IMG/VR virus record: IMGVR_UViG_3300048672_000900
Coordinates: 1 to 53,116 of that record
Origin: a virus
Lineage: Duplodnaviria; Caudoviricetes
Strand: one strand, 5' to 3'
DNA length: 53,116 nucleotides
Shown here: positions 9,881 to 19,637 of the stretch, piece after piece
How the letters are laid out: each line of letters begins with the position of its first letter
Position numbering within the stretch: the stretch's first letter is position 1
Translations under genes and position numbers: made by a program
Notes under the pieces: model-generated
What the model saw: only the letters and a program-made list of their open reading frames with translations
Database searches by the model: none
What the model was told of the DNA's origin: nothing

Positions 9881-12025
9881 TTAACGGCTCAAAATGCGAT
9901 TAAGCTTACGCTGCTCACGTAGGTTTTGAATCACTGCGTCAATAGACAGAGTTTCACCTTCACGCACCACTAAGCGGGTGTACAAGGCTTTGAGTCTATT
10001 TTCTAGCCGGTTAACGACGAGCAGGTCAGACGACTTCTTCAGCTCAGCCATGATCATCTCAATTTGAGTTCTGATTTGGTTTTGTTCAAACTGGCTATAC
10101 TTCTGTTCAATCGCCACGTTGGTTGCAATCTGTTGGTCATCAATACGAAGTACCTTCAGCGGGTTGATGCCGTAGTCTGCAAGGTTCTTAGTACGTGTCA
10201 AGAACCAGTGGGTTAGCAGATAAGAAATGACCATGTCGTCATGCTTACCCTCAGCGTGGTCAATTCGGTTATTGCGAATGACCAGACCCAAGATCTGTTC
10301 AATCAAACGGCTATCATTAACCTTAGTGCTGAAATGTTTCATGGCGTGCTGTAGCGCATCCCCGTACAGGTTATCCCGAGAACTCTTACCAGAGCCCGCA
10401 GTGGCGTAACCAAAGAGTGACTTAGCGCGCACATAGATGTCCCTTTGCCTCATGGACATAGGGCCTTTGATCTGATCATAAAGCGTTTTATTTTCTTCTG
10501 GTTCACTCACGACCCAGTTAAAGATGCGCTTGAACGGATCAATGTTGCGCTCGACCATGTGGATGATCAGGTAGTCAATGATGGTGATGGCGCTGCTACG
10601 GCGCTCAGGTACCAGCACGGTGTTGCAGTACTTCAACATGAAGCTCAGCAAGAATTTGGTAAACTCAATCAGGTTGAGTTCATTGAAGTCACCTGCAGCG
10701 ACGACTTCACCAGTTTCACAATTACGCACCACCATGGTGATGTCGTCGTTACCTGCTGCGTCTGATGTATCTAGACCAATGGTGCAGACGTTTTCAGCCA
10801 TGTATTCATTGATTTTATGTTGTTCAATATACCAGCGCAGGATGTACTGATAAGGTCTGCACAGTTCTTGATAGACGATATCTTTGACAGAACGCTTCAA
10901 GGTATCCAAAATAGTAATGGATAGAGGTGAGTTAGAGCTACCTGCTGTCCACACACCGAAGAAGTCTCGGTTGGCATCATCAGGGGACTGGTTGGTTTCT
11001 TGCAACATCATATTGAGCCACTCATCCGTCTTACCCATTTGCCGGTGAGAGAAGTTACCGTAGATGCGTAAGTAGCCTTCTCCAGAAGGGGACGTCTTAG
11101 CGTTCTTACGTACCATGCGTACTAAGTCCTCATGATCAACCGCATCGTAGAAATGCTCAGACCAAACCGCTGCTGTAATAGCCAGGTTGTAGACGTACTT
11201 GCCGCTGTCGTCATCTTGCTTACCCGCAGTGGTTGTCCAGATCACGCCGGAGGGTTCTCCCTTAGCGATAGCTTGCTCCATGGCTGCACCCATGGCAGCA
11301 ATGGCGCTACCTGCCGCTTTACCGATGTGGGGTTGGAAAGGACCCTCATCAATTTGGAAGATGGGGCTAGAAAGGCCCCGGCCGAGCTTATAAGCGTCTT
11401 TTTCTGCTGCCCGGGGGACGTGGGCATAGTAGACATTTGAACGCCTAGAAACGGTGAAATTCTCAGAGTTGACGGTATCGCCTCGGCCTCTGAATTGGAG
11501 GTAAGCAGGCAGCTCGTCATAGATCTTTCTGATTCGAGCAATGTTGGCTTGTCTGAGGGTATCGTCTTTGGTGAGTAGATTGATCTGTGTGTTATTGCAC
11601 ACAAAGTTCATCAGCGTCACCATGAGTGCATCGGTGCTGAACGACTTACCCGTTTGACGAGGTTGCACCAGCAGGTATTGGATGTGGTTAAAGAACGACC
11701 ACCATAGAGAGATGTTTGCTCTATTGGCCGTGATGGGTACGCCGTCTTCACCCGACAGAGGAGGAGCCTTGAGGACGTTTCGTAGTACGTACCAAGGGTT
11801 CTGGGTACACTCAATCGCAATCATCGCCATCTGCTCTGTGGTCAGATCAGGCGAATGCGGGTCTACCCCTAAGAGTTGAGGATTGTGTAGTGCTAAAAAG
11901 AAATGGTAATTTCTATAGCCTGCTCGTTTGAATTTAATCGCTAACTCTACCCAACTGCGATTAGTGGTCGCAGTGTCTAGAATAGCGCCCGGGTATTTGG
12001 CCCAGTCTTTGAGAAATAAAATCAT
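9881..12025 (-). CDS. terL: Terminase large subunit (phiKZ gp25-like)
   Basis: Walker A QPRQTGKS, Walker B FQIDE, TTTAG coupling motif, RNase H-like nuclease motifs IGLDTSDA and HDDMVIS. Confidence 0.92.
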   Translation of the reverse strand: MILFLKDWAKYPGAILDTATTNRSWVELAIKFKRAGYRNYHFFLALHNPQLLGVDPHSPDLTTEQMAMIAIECTQNPWYVLRNVLKAPPLSGEDGVPITANRANISLWWSFFNHIQYLLVQPRQTGKSFSTDALMVTLMNFVCNNTQINLLTKDDTLRQANIARIRKIYDELPAYLQFRGRGDTVNSENFTVSRRSNVYYAHVPRAAEKDAYKLGRGLSSPIFQIDEGPFQPHIGKAAGSAIAAMGAAMEQAIAKGEPSGVIWTTTAGKQDDDSGKYVYNLAITAAVWSEHFYDAVDHEDLVRMVRKNAKTSPSGEGYLRIYGNFSHRQMGKTDEWLNMMLQETNQSPDDANRDFFGVWTAGSSNSPLSITILDTLKRSVKDIVYQELCRPYQYILRWYIEQHKINEYMAENVCTIGLDTSDAAGNDDITMVVRNCETGEVVAAGDFNELNLIEFTKFLLSFMLKYCNTVLVPERRSSAITIIDYLIIHMVERNIDPFKRIFNWVVSEPEENKTLYDQIKGPMSMRQRDIYVRAKSLFGYATAGSGKSSRDNLYGDALQHAMKHFSTKVNDSRLIEQILGLVIRNNRIDHAEGKHDDMVISYLLTHWFLTRTKNLADYGINPLKVLRIDDQQIATNVAIEQKYSQFEQNQIRTQIEMIMAELKKSSDLLVVNRLENRLKALYTRLVVREGETLSIDAVIQNLREQRKLNRILSR

Positions 12026-12448
12026 TTAAACAATTCCTTTTTTGAGTAGCTCTTGGTTAAGCAAATCAAGATAGGTCTGAATGGCTTGCTTATGGCGGTC
12101 TTCTTTGGTGGAAAGAATAGCTGCCATGCAAGGGACATACCGGGGCACTTCCATCACTTCTTTGAGAGGCTCAGGTGTAGTTGGTGAACACTGACAAAAC
12201 ACTCGGTAAATATGCTTTGCTGTGCCCATTGTGTCTTCAGTGACGCGGTGGCGTTTTTTATATTCAATTTCTTGACACTTGATATCGATCACAAAACCAT
12301 ACGTGGTGTGCACGGTGTAGCGAGAATCATCATTGTCATCAGTGGGTTGTTTCACATCCACTCGCACCGGGTGAAAAGCACCCGAGATGTTACCGTACAA
12401 CCCTTTTAGAGACTTCCACAGATGCTTAAACATGTTGACTTGACCCAT
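12026..12448 (-). CDS. Hypothetical protein
   Basis: 140 aa ORF whose stop abuts the terminase ATG (translational coupling). Confidence 0.6.
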   Translation of the reverse strand: MGQVNMFKHLWKSLKGLYGNISGAFHPVRVDVKQPTDDNDDSRYTVHTTYGFVIDIKCQEIEYKKRHRVTEDTMGTAKHIYRVFCQCSPTTPEPLKEVMEVPRYVPCMAAILSTKEDRHKQAIQTYLDLLNQELLKKGIV

Positions 12449-12510
12449 CTGACTTTATATTGATTCAAAAGATCCTCATGCACTCGCTTATACGTTTTTC
12501 ATCAAGTGCA

Positions 12511-12580
12511 CGGCATATAAAGACTACCAAGACCTCATCGACTATGATGAAGTCTCGGTAGTCTGTAGGGCTTTATGCCG
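12511..12580. terminator. CGGCATA...TATGCCG-closed long hairpin
   Basis: cggcata..agactacc.agac...gtct.ggtagtct..tatgccg imperfect inverted repeat just after the 12587 stop. Confidence 0.6.
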
Positions 12581-12586
12581 TATTGT

Positions 12587-13816
12587 TTACTGACTGTTGA
12601 AGTGTCGCATCGTGAACGCACGTGCGATCACATACAGACAAAACGCCGTGCGAAGAGCCGCCACCATGGCGTCGTTCTTCACAGGAGTGGCTTGCCGAAT
12701 GAGCTTTTCGACTCGGTCTTTGATCTCCATGAGTGTGTCATGAGACGCACGAGAACTCGTGTAAGTCCCTCTCATGTTCTTCAAAATATCGGTGAGATCA
12801 AAATGGTTACTGAGTTCGCGCTTATTTGCTTGCATGTACTCAAACGCATGCACCATGATCATGTCCATGGCTTCAGGAATGGCTCTGGACTTGATGTGAA
12901 TGAAGTTGTCACTCATCCAGAAGATAAACTCTTCTAAGCGATGAGGCGGTGCAGTAGGCACAATGTTGCAGATGACTTGGAATATCTCTGGCTTATAAAA
13001 AGAGTTCTTGTCAGGAGCAATCCGGTTGATGTACTTGAGGTAGAGTTCAAGACCATGCGTCTTATCGCGCACCAGCGTCTCTCCGTCAATTTCCATGACG
13101 GTACTTGTTCCTTTGATCTTGGTGCCTCGGTTATGAACGTCCATGAACACACGGTAAATGTTGATCATCATGGACTTGATACGACCTTGCACATCGTTGA
13201 GCATACGCACGACGTCATAGTCGTTATCCAACTTTTCAATCACACCGTGCCAGATGGAGTGAGATGCAATCACCTCTTCCGCTCTGTACTGCAAGGCAGC
13301 TCCCCAGCTGCCTTTTTCCTTAAGCACAAACTGGTAAGAGAGTGCTTCGTAGGTGGCCGCTGCCGTCTCAGGGTTAGCAGGGTACTTGAAGAAGTTGTAG
13401 AGAATTGAGGTGAGCAGCTTGTAATGCAAGTAGAGCATCACAGCTAACTTAGCGTCGTGTTTTTCTTTCTCATTGAGATACGTACTCACATGGATCGCAT
13501 GACACAACCAAATGCAAGCGATGTTGAAGATGTTACTCGACACTGCAAAGCTAGGGTTGATGTCAGGTAGGTTATGGACAGGCTGTTGAAGCGTATAAGC
13601 GTCGACTTGTAGCAGATCAATGAAGAGTTTATCCTCATCACTGCTGGTAAAACGAACGACTTGTACGCCTGTTAAACCACCACCAAAAAACTCAATGTGG
13701 TCTTGGTTCTTATTGACAAAGCCCACCTGAACTGACTGGATTTCATGCAAGAGTTCTCGGTTTGCCCTGAACCCTTTGAGTGTCTCATTGAAGATGCGAC
13801 GGATGCCTGAATTCAT
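12587..13816 (-). CDS. Conserved Chimalliviridae protein (phiKZ gp32-like, putative virion protein)
   Basis: 409 aa; NQDHIEFFGGGLTGVQVVRF and RG.YTSSR motifs recalled from phiKZ-like core genes. Confidence 0.6.
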   Translation of the reverse strand: MNSGIRRIFNETLKGFRANRELLHEIQSVQVGFVNKNQDHIEFFGGGLTGVQVVRFTSSDEDKLFIDLLQVDAYTLQQPVHNLPDINPSFAVSSNIFNIACIWLCHAIHVSTYLNEKEKHDAKLAVMLYLHYKLLTSILYNFFKYPANPETAAATYEALSYQFVLKEKGSWGAALQYRAEEVIASHSIWHGVIEKLDNDYDVVRMLNDVQGRIKSMMINIYRVFMDVHNRGTKIKGTSTVMEIDGETLVRDKTHGLELYLKYINRIAPDKNSFYKPEIFQVICNIVPTAPPHRLEEFIFWMSDNFIHIKSRAIPEAMDMIMVHAFEYMQANKRELSNHFDLTDILKNMRGTYTSSRASHDTLMEIKDRVEKLIRQATPVKNDAMVAALRTAFCLYVIARAFTMRHFNSQ

Positions 13817-14355
13817 AGCACAGCGCCAGCTTTGATCATGGTCACGTAGTCGTCGTAGTTCTCGATGATTTTAACACCTGAGTCACGAGCTGCTTTTTCG
13901 ATCATGCTCATCCAAGGGCTGTTACTGCTGACCACCTTAGAGCGGTCGTTATGACTGTCAGGTGTAGAGACATATACCGCACTGCGTTCACGCTGGCTAT
14001 GCGTGAGGCTATCGATAGCCGTCTTCATGCGGATGTATTCAGAAGCCCCCGCTTGAGAGTGGTCGACAGCGTAGAACAGCGACAGCGCTTTATCAGCGTA
14101 CTGTGAGTTCTCTAAGTGCTGCAGTGCTTCCCAGACACCCACCGACTTTTGTAGGTCTTCTGCTTGGGTCTCTAGAGCAAAACACTCCAGCCCCAAGGTT
14201 GTGTCGTCTTTATCTTTAGAGTACAGTTTAGTCAGTTCAATAGCGGCTTGCCGAGCTAGCCCACCATCCACAATGATGGTGGTGCCGCCCTGTAGTTCTA
14301 GGATGAGCTTTTCACCTTCGGTCTTTTCTTCAGGCGTGTCGATTTCTTCAGACAT
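13813..14355 (-). CDS. Hypothetical protein, possible processed head protein
   Basis: 180 aa; acidic N-terminus followed by GLE/ALE motifs resembling prohead-protease sites; 4-nt overlap with the next gene. Confidence 0.6.
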   Translation of the reverse strand: MSEEIDTPEEKTEGEKLILELQGGTTIIVDGGLARQAAIELTKLYSKDKDDTTLGLECFALETQAEDLQKSVGVWEALQHLENSQYADKALSLFYAVDHSQAGASEYIRMKTAIDSLTHSQRERSAVYVSTPDSHNDRSKVVSSNSPWMSMIEKAARDSGVKIIENYDDYVTMIKAGAVL

Positions 14356-14385
14356 GGTACTTTGGATGTGTTATAAAGAAGGGGT

Positions 14386-15222
14386 TTAACGGCTAGACCC
14401 AATAGCCAGTTTCAAGTAACGACCATATTGAATGGTGTCGTTCATCATGGCAATAGCTCGCCACTTTTGATTCAAGTAGTCTTTGTAGTTTTGCTCTGAA
14501 TCGGAGTAGCCTTCAATCACCGATTTGATCACACCCAGCTCAAAACCACCTTGTAGTGCGTTTTGATCCATGGTGACGATCATGGTGTTGTAGACGTAGC
14601 TCTTAACTGCATACTCCACCAGCTGAGCAAACGCAGGGTAAGAACGTGGAGAAATGTTGTTCAAGTTGGAATCATTCTCAATGATGCAGCGCAAGAACAT
14701 GTTTCCAGGACTGGTGAGCAAGTCACGGATCATGATCACGTTGTCTGCAATCAAAGTGACTTCAGACGTACTCACGACAGGGATTTTATCGTTAGCACGC
14801 ATGATAGAAGACTCTAGTTGAGCCAACACACCCGTATCGTTGGCTTCCACGCCCACGTTGTAGTAAGAGCCTCCTCCAAACCACGTACCTGCTTGGGCGT
14901 AGTTGAGGAACGACACGTTAAGTGCAGAAACGATAGAGCGCCCTTGAGTGCGACTCTTAGGGATACGGATGATGGTTGAAATCGCATCAGGCTTATCGTA
15001 GGGTAGGTCGCCAATTTCTACAAAGTCAGACGTGCCGCCGACCAAGTTGCAGTCCTGTAAGACGCGAGGGCGAATTACCAGCATCTCGATTTGATGATCG
15101 ACATTCAACCCTTGCATTCCCCAGATAGAGGTCTGTCGGTTGAGAAACGTTTTGTCAAGTACTTGAGGCGGAATCACGCGCCTCACGCATGACACCGCAT
15201 ACCGAATGGCGTCCATATTCAC
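14386..15222 (-). CDS. Conserved Chimalliviridae protein (phiKZ gp42-like)
   Basis: 278 aa; IRPRVLQDCNLVGG and AVKSYVYN motifs; synteny. Confidence 0.6.
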   Translation of the reverse strand: MNMDAIRYAVSCVRRVIPPQVLDKTFLNRQTSIWGMQGLNVDHQIEMLVIRPRVLQDCNLVGGTSDFVEIGDLPYDKPDAISTIIRIPKSRTQGRSIVSALNVSFLNYAQAGTWFGGGSYYNVGVEANDTGVLAQLESSIMRANDKIPVVSTSEVTLIADNVIMIRDLLTSPGNMFLRCIIENDSNLNNISPRSYPAFAQLVEYAVKSYVYNTMIVTMDQNALQGGFELGVIKSVIEGYSDSEQNYKDYLNQKWRAIAMMNDTIQYGRYLKLAIGSSR

Positions 15223-15324
15223 TCCAAAAAAATAAGGTCATACATTATTACCAAGAGGACCCTTGGTATGTTCAAACCATGTCCTTGGACATTTTCTTCA
15301 CTTTGCACTAGTAGGAGTCTTGTC

Positions 15325-15786
15325 ATGAAGCGTACCAAACTGGGCACCCCCACCACAGGTGATCTGTTCTCAGATTTTGAATCCATTCAACCAGTGCACG
15401 ACCATTGGAAGCGCAAGTTGTTTTACAACAGCTACTTGCCTGATTATCAAAAAGCTTGTGAAGGGTTTCTCAAAACTGATCCTGTACTGAGTGAAGCGTT
15501 ACTGAGCGCAGATGACGCTTGTGAGCCTTTATGTGTCAAGTGCTTGACTGAAGGAGGCTTCATCACCATCACTGTTTACAAAGCCACTGAACAAGTGGCT
15601 GAGGGTGTATTTGACGTCCAAGCCAAACAAGATTGGATGAAGAAGGATATCCTGTGGTTTGCTTACCACCGTGGAGAACTCAAGTGCTACATGGCGTATA
15701 TGGGATCTAGTATCGACATTGCGCCTGTGTCGCAACAGATTGCTGACGTCATTTTGAGCATGGTGATCAGCAATGACGAATCGTAA
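15325..15786 (+). CDS. Hypothetical protein
   Basis: AGGAG RBS before ATG at 15325. Confidence 0.7.
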   Translation: MKRTKLGTPTTGDLFSDFESIQPVHDHWKRKLFYNSYLPDYQKACEGFLKTDPVLSEALLSADDACEPLCVKCLTEGGFITITVYKATEQVAEGVFDVQAKQDWMKKDILWFAYHRGELKCYMAYMGSSIDIAPVSQQIADVILSMVISNDES

Positions 15787-15901
15787 TAATTCATAAGACT
15801 TGACCATACTTTGTACGAGAGCGCCTATGCTGACCTCTTGTACAAAGCTTAAATGGTTTTTAGAGTTTTTTCTTTCTCTTACATGTTTAACCCCATTCCC
15901 A

Positions 15902-16738
15902 ATGGACATAGTCTCACGAATTGAATCCCTCAAAAAAGACGCTAAGGAAACATACGCGACGCTTTTGATTGACGTATCTACAGCCGCAGCGGTGATTCAA
16001 GAAGAACAAAGTGAATACCTTTTAGAAGAGCCGGCAGGCATTTATCTTCATGGTGTTCATGAGCCTTTGCTCATCGATCAACAGGTCTATTACACTCGGG
16101 ACAATCGAACCGGGGAAAGTTATCAAATTAAAACCTGTTCTGATGTGGGCGCTAATGTCTACTTAAAGGTGGGCAATACAGCACGGCTACTGTTTCAGCA
16201 GCGTACCAAGATCGACTGCGATCCAAAACCTCGGGTTCCTTACCGAGCCACTAAGATTGCGATGGCTTGGGTTGCACAAGAACTCAGTACGCTCTCAAAG
16301 TGGCACGGTAGTTCACTGGTTGATCATACGCGCACCGCCATGGAGCAGTACCGAGAACATTACCAAGCAGCTTCCAGCAGCAGCTTGCTCAATGTGACGG
16401 ATGACGAGTTGGTACAGATCATCCATACTGAACATAAAGATACCCCCATGGAAGAGCGGCTACGCTATATCACAGAAATGATTGCGTGGCGTAAACACCA
16501 AGTCGACCTGTACCGTCACTATGAAACGTTAACCTCACGGGTTGATGTGATCATGCGCGCTTGCGTGGGAGAAAAACTTGACGAATTCCAGCCGTCAATG
16601 CGGTATTCGAAATATGAAATTTCTATTGCCAGCAACCGACACATCAAAGTCAAAATTGGTATTGACTGGCGTGCCGAAGAAATGATTCAAGCAGAGATTA
16701 CTCGACTAGTGTCTCAGCTTGCCAACATGGATTCTTAA
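15902..16738 (+). CDS. Hypothetical protein
   Basis: Long ORF; ATG at 15902 chosen because it follows a T-rich leader. Confidence 0.65.
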   Translation: MDIVSRIESLKKDAKETYATLLIDVSTAAAVIQEEQSEYLLEEPAGIYLHGVHEPLLIDQQVYYTRDNRTGESYQIKTCSDVGANVYLKVGNTARLLFQQRTKIDCDPKPRVPYRATKIAMAWVAQELSTLSKWHGSSLVDHTRTAMEQYREHYQAASSSSLLNVTDDELVQIIHTEHKDTPMEERLRYITEMIAWRKHQVDLYRHYETLTSRVDVIMRACVGEKLDEFQPSMRYSKYEISIASNRHIKVKIGIDWRAEEMIQAEITRLVSQLANMDS

Positions 16739-16758
16739 AAAAGAAAGGGTCTCCACCC

Positions 16759-17103
16759 ATGCTAACCAGTGTAGCCCTAGAAGGCATGCTCAGTGTGCTC
16801 AATGTGTACTTACACCCGCACACGCATGACTTGTCCGAATGGAATAAATTCGGTATAGAGTTGTGTTATCGTTACTTCTTGATGTTTGAAAAAACACAAG
16901 ACTACGAAGAACTTCGCAGCTGGTGGGTGAACTGGGTGCTTGATTACGCAGGATCTACATCCCGTTTGAGTGACGTCCACAGTCTGTTTCACGAACGGGC
17001 TGTGGACGCTTACTATGCCGCCATCCCACTCGGTCTTACTCCTAACGGTTTTCACACTCAAGGTGTTCATGTCAATGGGAGAATTGTCATTGATCTCTAC
17101 TAA
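16759..17103 (+). CDS. Hypothetical protein
   Basis: 114 aa ORF in a co-directional cluster. Confidence 0.6.
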   Translation: MLTSVALEGMLSVLNVYLHPHTHDLSEWNKFGIELCYRYFLMFEKTQDYEELRSWWVNWVLDYAGSTSRLSDVHSLFHERAVDAYYAAIPLGLTPNGFHTQGVHVNGRIVIDLY

Positions 17104-17542
17104 CTCGTTTCCCCAACCTCAGATCAGGCTCATGGTGAGCTGTGCTGACTTGCTGGAAATACTTCGCTCGTTCCCTGTACGACCCACGTCACTTGGGATG
17201 TTTTCTTCTACGCACTCTGTTGAGATGCTAGAGTTGCTGGTTAAATGTTACTTGTGTCGCTCTACAGCTGCCATGAACTTTGACCCTAAAGACCTGATGA
17301 TACAACATCTTACCTCCAACTACGGTGTAGAGGCTGTTTACCATCCTGAGTTTTACCGTATCTACGATTTGATTCGCATCAGGATGAAAAGTATTCTACC
17401 TAATTATGACCCTTACCGTGTCATTCACGACATCGGCTATAATGCGGTTATGGCTGATAGAATGGGAACTGTGTTTGTGAGTTTATCCAAGCTGCAGTAC
17501 AACGCTTATATTCATCCAGTGGTGGAAAACAATGCCTACTAA
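17069..17542 (+). CDS. Hypothetical protein
   Basis: AAGGTG before ATG at 17069; short overlaps with both neighbours; start uncertain. Confidence 0.55.
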   Translation: MSMGELSLISTNSFPQPQIRLMVSCADLLEILRSFPVRPTSLGMFSSTHSVEMLELLVKCYLCRSTAAMNFDPKDLMIQHLTSNYGVEAVYHPEFYRIYDLIRIRMKSILPNYDPYRVIHDIGYNAVMADRMGTVFVSLSKLQYNAYIHPVVENNAY

Positions 17543-17984
17543 TTGTGTTCATGTGGTTACTATGGGTTGGGCCAGTATGCTCGATAGGCAAGCTGCTGAA
17601 CTCAACCCTAACGGAATTGCTCTAGCGGCCCCTCAGTTCTTTGAGGAGACTGCTGTAAGCTTTGCTGAGCATTTTGGTAATCAAGCTGGCTTGGTTGATT
17701 TAAATGACATCGATGGTTTGGCTGACGGTTTGATGGAACAAGTCGAAGATTACGCCGTTAGGTATAGTCGACCTGATGTCGTGAGTGAAGTAGAAAACTT
17801 TGTCACCCACGGCATGTTTTACCACCTGATGATGGGGGCTATTCGTGGACTTGAGCTACTGCCTCCATTTAAGAATACGTTTGAAGTAACTTGCACCATG
17901 ACGCCTACTCCTTTTCACAGTTTAGACCAGAGCTACTTTGTCGTAGAGGATAAGTTTTGTCCACGCCCTCCCCTAGAGTTCTAA
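17532..17984 (+). CDS. Hypothetical protein
   Basis: 150 aa ORF, GGTGGA RBS, overlaps the upstream stop. Confidence 0.6.
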   Translation: MPTNCVHVVTMGWASMLDRQAAELNPNGIALAAPQFFEETAVSFAEHFGNQAGLVDLNDIDGLADGLMEQVEDYAVRYSRPDVVSEVENFVTHGMFYHLMMGAIRGLELLPPFKNTFEVTCTMTPTPFHSLDQSYFVVEDKFCPRPPLEF

Positions 17985-18730
17985 ACAAATATAAGCACAA
18001 AAAAGAACAGGCTGGGGGCGTCTATATCGGACGCCCTAGCATCTGGGGTAACCTTTTTGCAATGAAGGATGGATTCACAAGAGCGCAAGCTGTAGTGCAC
18101 CATGCTCACTGGTTATTTGAATTTGAACAAAGAGATCTCATTAAGAAGATCAGAGTCTTTTTAAAAGGCAAAAATGTCATTTGCTACTGTAACCCTTTAG
18201 CTTGTCACGGAGATATACTGGTGCATATCGCCAACCACCCCGATTGGGATAACATCATTGCAGTGCCTGCTCTTGATGTTTATGAGATTTGCCGTGCGCT
18301 TGACCAAGAGTGCGGCGTATCGCCTACTGAGATTACTCTCATTGTCGAGAAGATTTTAGAAGACGTCTTCTATAGACCTCATCAGGAAGTCGAAGACATT
18401 TACGAGTGGCTCAAAGATGAGAGTCGTGTATTGTCGGATGACGCCTACACCTATGAAAGTCGCATCAAAGAAGGCTTAGAAGGCGCTAAAGTCTCTTCTT
18501 TACAAAATTATACGTGGCTACTCATTAATTTGCTGCGAGGCTACATGAGTAGCGTCTTGCAAACACACTACGGTGCAGGTAGGCCTGCACTGTTCATGTT
18601 TCATTACAACGACCAAGGTGGTTATGGCCCTTACCTCCAACTCAGTTTCTGTCGCGCCAAACCCACCGACTTGTTTAGTGGTGATGGAAGCACCCTCGCT
18701 GCCTCCCCAGCTGTGGAGCACGTGTTGTGA
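17957..18730 (+). CDS. DUF4326-domain protein with C-terminal extension
   Basis: VYIGRPSIWGNLF and LKGKNVICYCNPLACHGDIL match the DUF4326 signature (GRPSxWGNPF...LxGKxLxCxCxPxxCHxD). Confidence 0.75.
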   Translation: MSTPSPRVLNKYKHKKEQAGGVYIGRPSIWGNLFAMKDGFTRAQAVVHHAHWLFEFEQRDLIKKIRVFLKGKNVICYCNPLACHGDILVHIANHPDWDNIIAVPALDVYEICRALDQECGVSPTEITLIVEKILEDVFYRPHQEVEDIYEWLKDESRVLSDDAYTYESRIKEGLEGAKVSSLQNYTWLLINLLRGYMSSVLQTHYGAGRPALFMFHYNDQGGYGPYLQLSFCRAKPTDLFSGDGSTLAASPAVEHVL

Positions 18731-19055
18731 GCTAGGCCTCAGAGCCGACACACCTGAATTCATTACAGAGATGATGGGTGAGGCTTTTCAGGCGATTCGT
18801 CATCAAGAGAAGTGTACACTACAACGTGCATTCGGTTGGATCTATCAACACATCGGTCAAGCTCCTGTTGATACCACGGAGCTGGCGTTTTATATCAGCC
18901 AGCTCATTTGGTATTTACAATCCTTCATGTCTCAGCAAGGCCACTTTGACTTAGTGCCTGCTTTTTGTGCCAACGGCAACGTCTTCTTTACGGAGTACGA
19001 TAACGTGAAAGATGATTGCATCAGCGAACGCCATTTCCTTGAGGTTATAGTTTGA
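18684..19055 (+). CDS. Hypothetical protein
   Basis: ORF filling the gap before 19084; start uncertain. Confidence 0.5.
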   Translation: MEAPSLPPQLWSTCCELGLRADTPEFITEMMGEAFQAIRHQEKCTLQRAFGWIYQHIGQAPVDTTELAFYISQLIWYLQSFMSQQGHFDLVPAFCANGNVFFTEYDNVKDDCISERHFLEVIV

Positions 19056-19083
19056 CCTTTTATTCTCACTAGGAACTGTACAC

Positions 19084-19485
19084 ATGGCTCAATACCCTGT
19101 CATCGTCAACCAAAGTTACGACTTTGTCTTTCAAGCACCTGCTATTCTCTCGATTGGCATTCAGAATGCTAAGGTGCTCTCAGAGGCGTCCTACAGCATC
19201 GCCAGTCTGATCAACCCAGACTTAGTTGCTCTACATGAACAAGTCAAACCTTACCTGACTGGTGGCGCTAATGATGACGCCACCACGCTCAACTACCTGA
19301 TCCTTCAAACCGTAGAAGGTGAAAAACGAGTGTACGCCATGGACTGGTTGGCTTCTGCTCCGGTGGTTGCTAACTACCACGATGTCAACTTCTACATCAA
19401 GAGCGTGAGCCCTGACAACATCCAGTACATCCGCGACCTGTTGGTGAATGCTGGGTTTACTCAGTTCAGTTATACGCAGGTGTAA
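19084..19485 (+). CDS. Conserved small protein (phiKZ gp49-like)
   Basis: 133 aa, AGGA RBS; APAIL...ALHEQVKPYL motif; last clear gene upstream of the DNA polymerase. Confidence 0.6.
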   Translation: MAQYPVIVNQSYDFVFQAPAILSIGIQNAKVLSEASYSIASLINPDLVALHEQVKPYLTGGANDDATTLNYLILQTVEGEKRVYAMDWLASAPVVANYHDVNFYIKSVSPDNIQYIRDLLVNAGFTQFSYTQV

Positions 19486-19490
19486 GAAGG

Positions 19491-19542
19491 CGGCATAAAA
19501 CCACAAGCAGGAGTAGGTATTACACCTACTCCTCTTATGCTG
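19491..19542 (+). terminator. CGGCATAA...TTATGCTG-closed hairpin terminator
   Basis: Inner stem aggagtaggt-attac-acctactcct with the family-type outer arms; T tract at 19569-19586. Confidence 0.6.
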
Positions 19543-19637
19543 CAATCCAAATAACCCATGCTGCACGCCTTTTCTTTTTTCTTTTTGTATTGTATGTAAG
19601 GAGTGTGAGAGTTTCTCATACTTTTCACAACCAAGTG

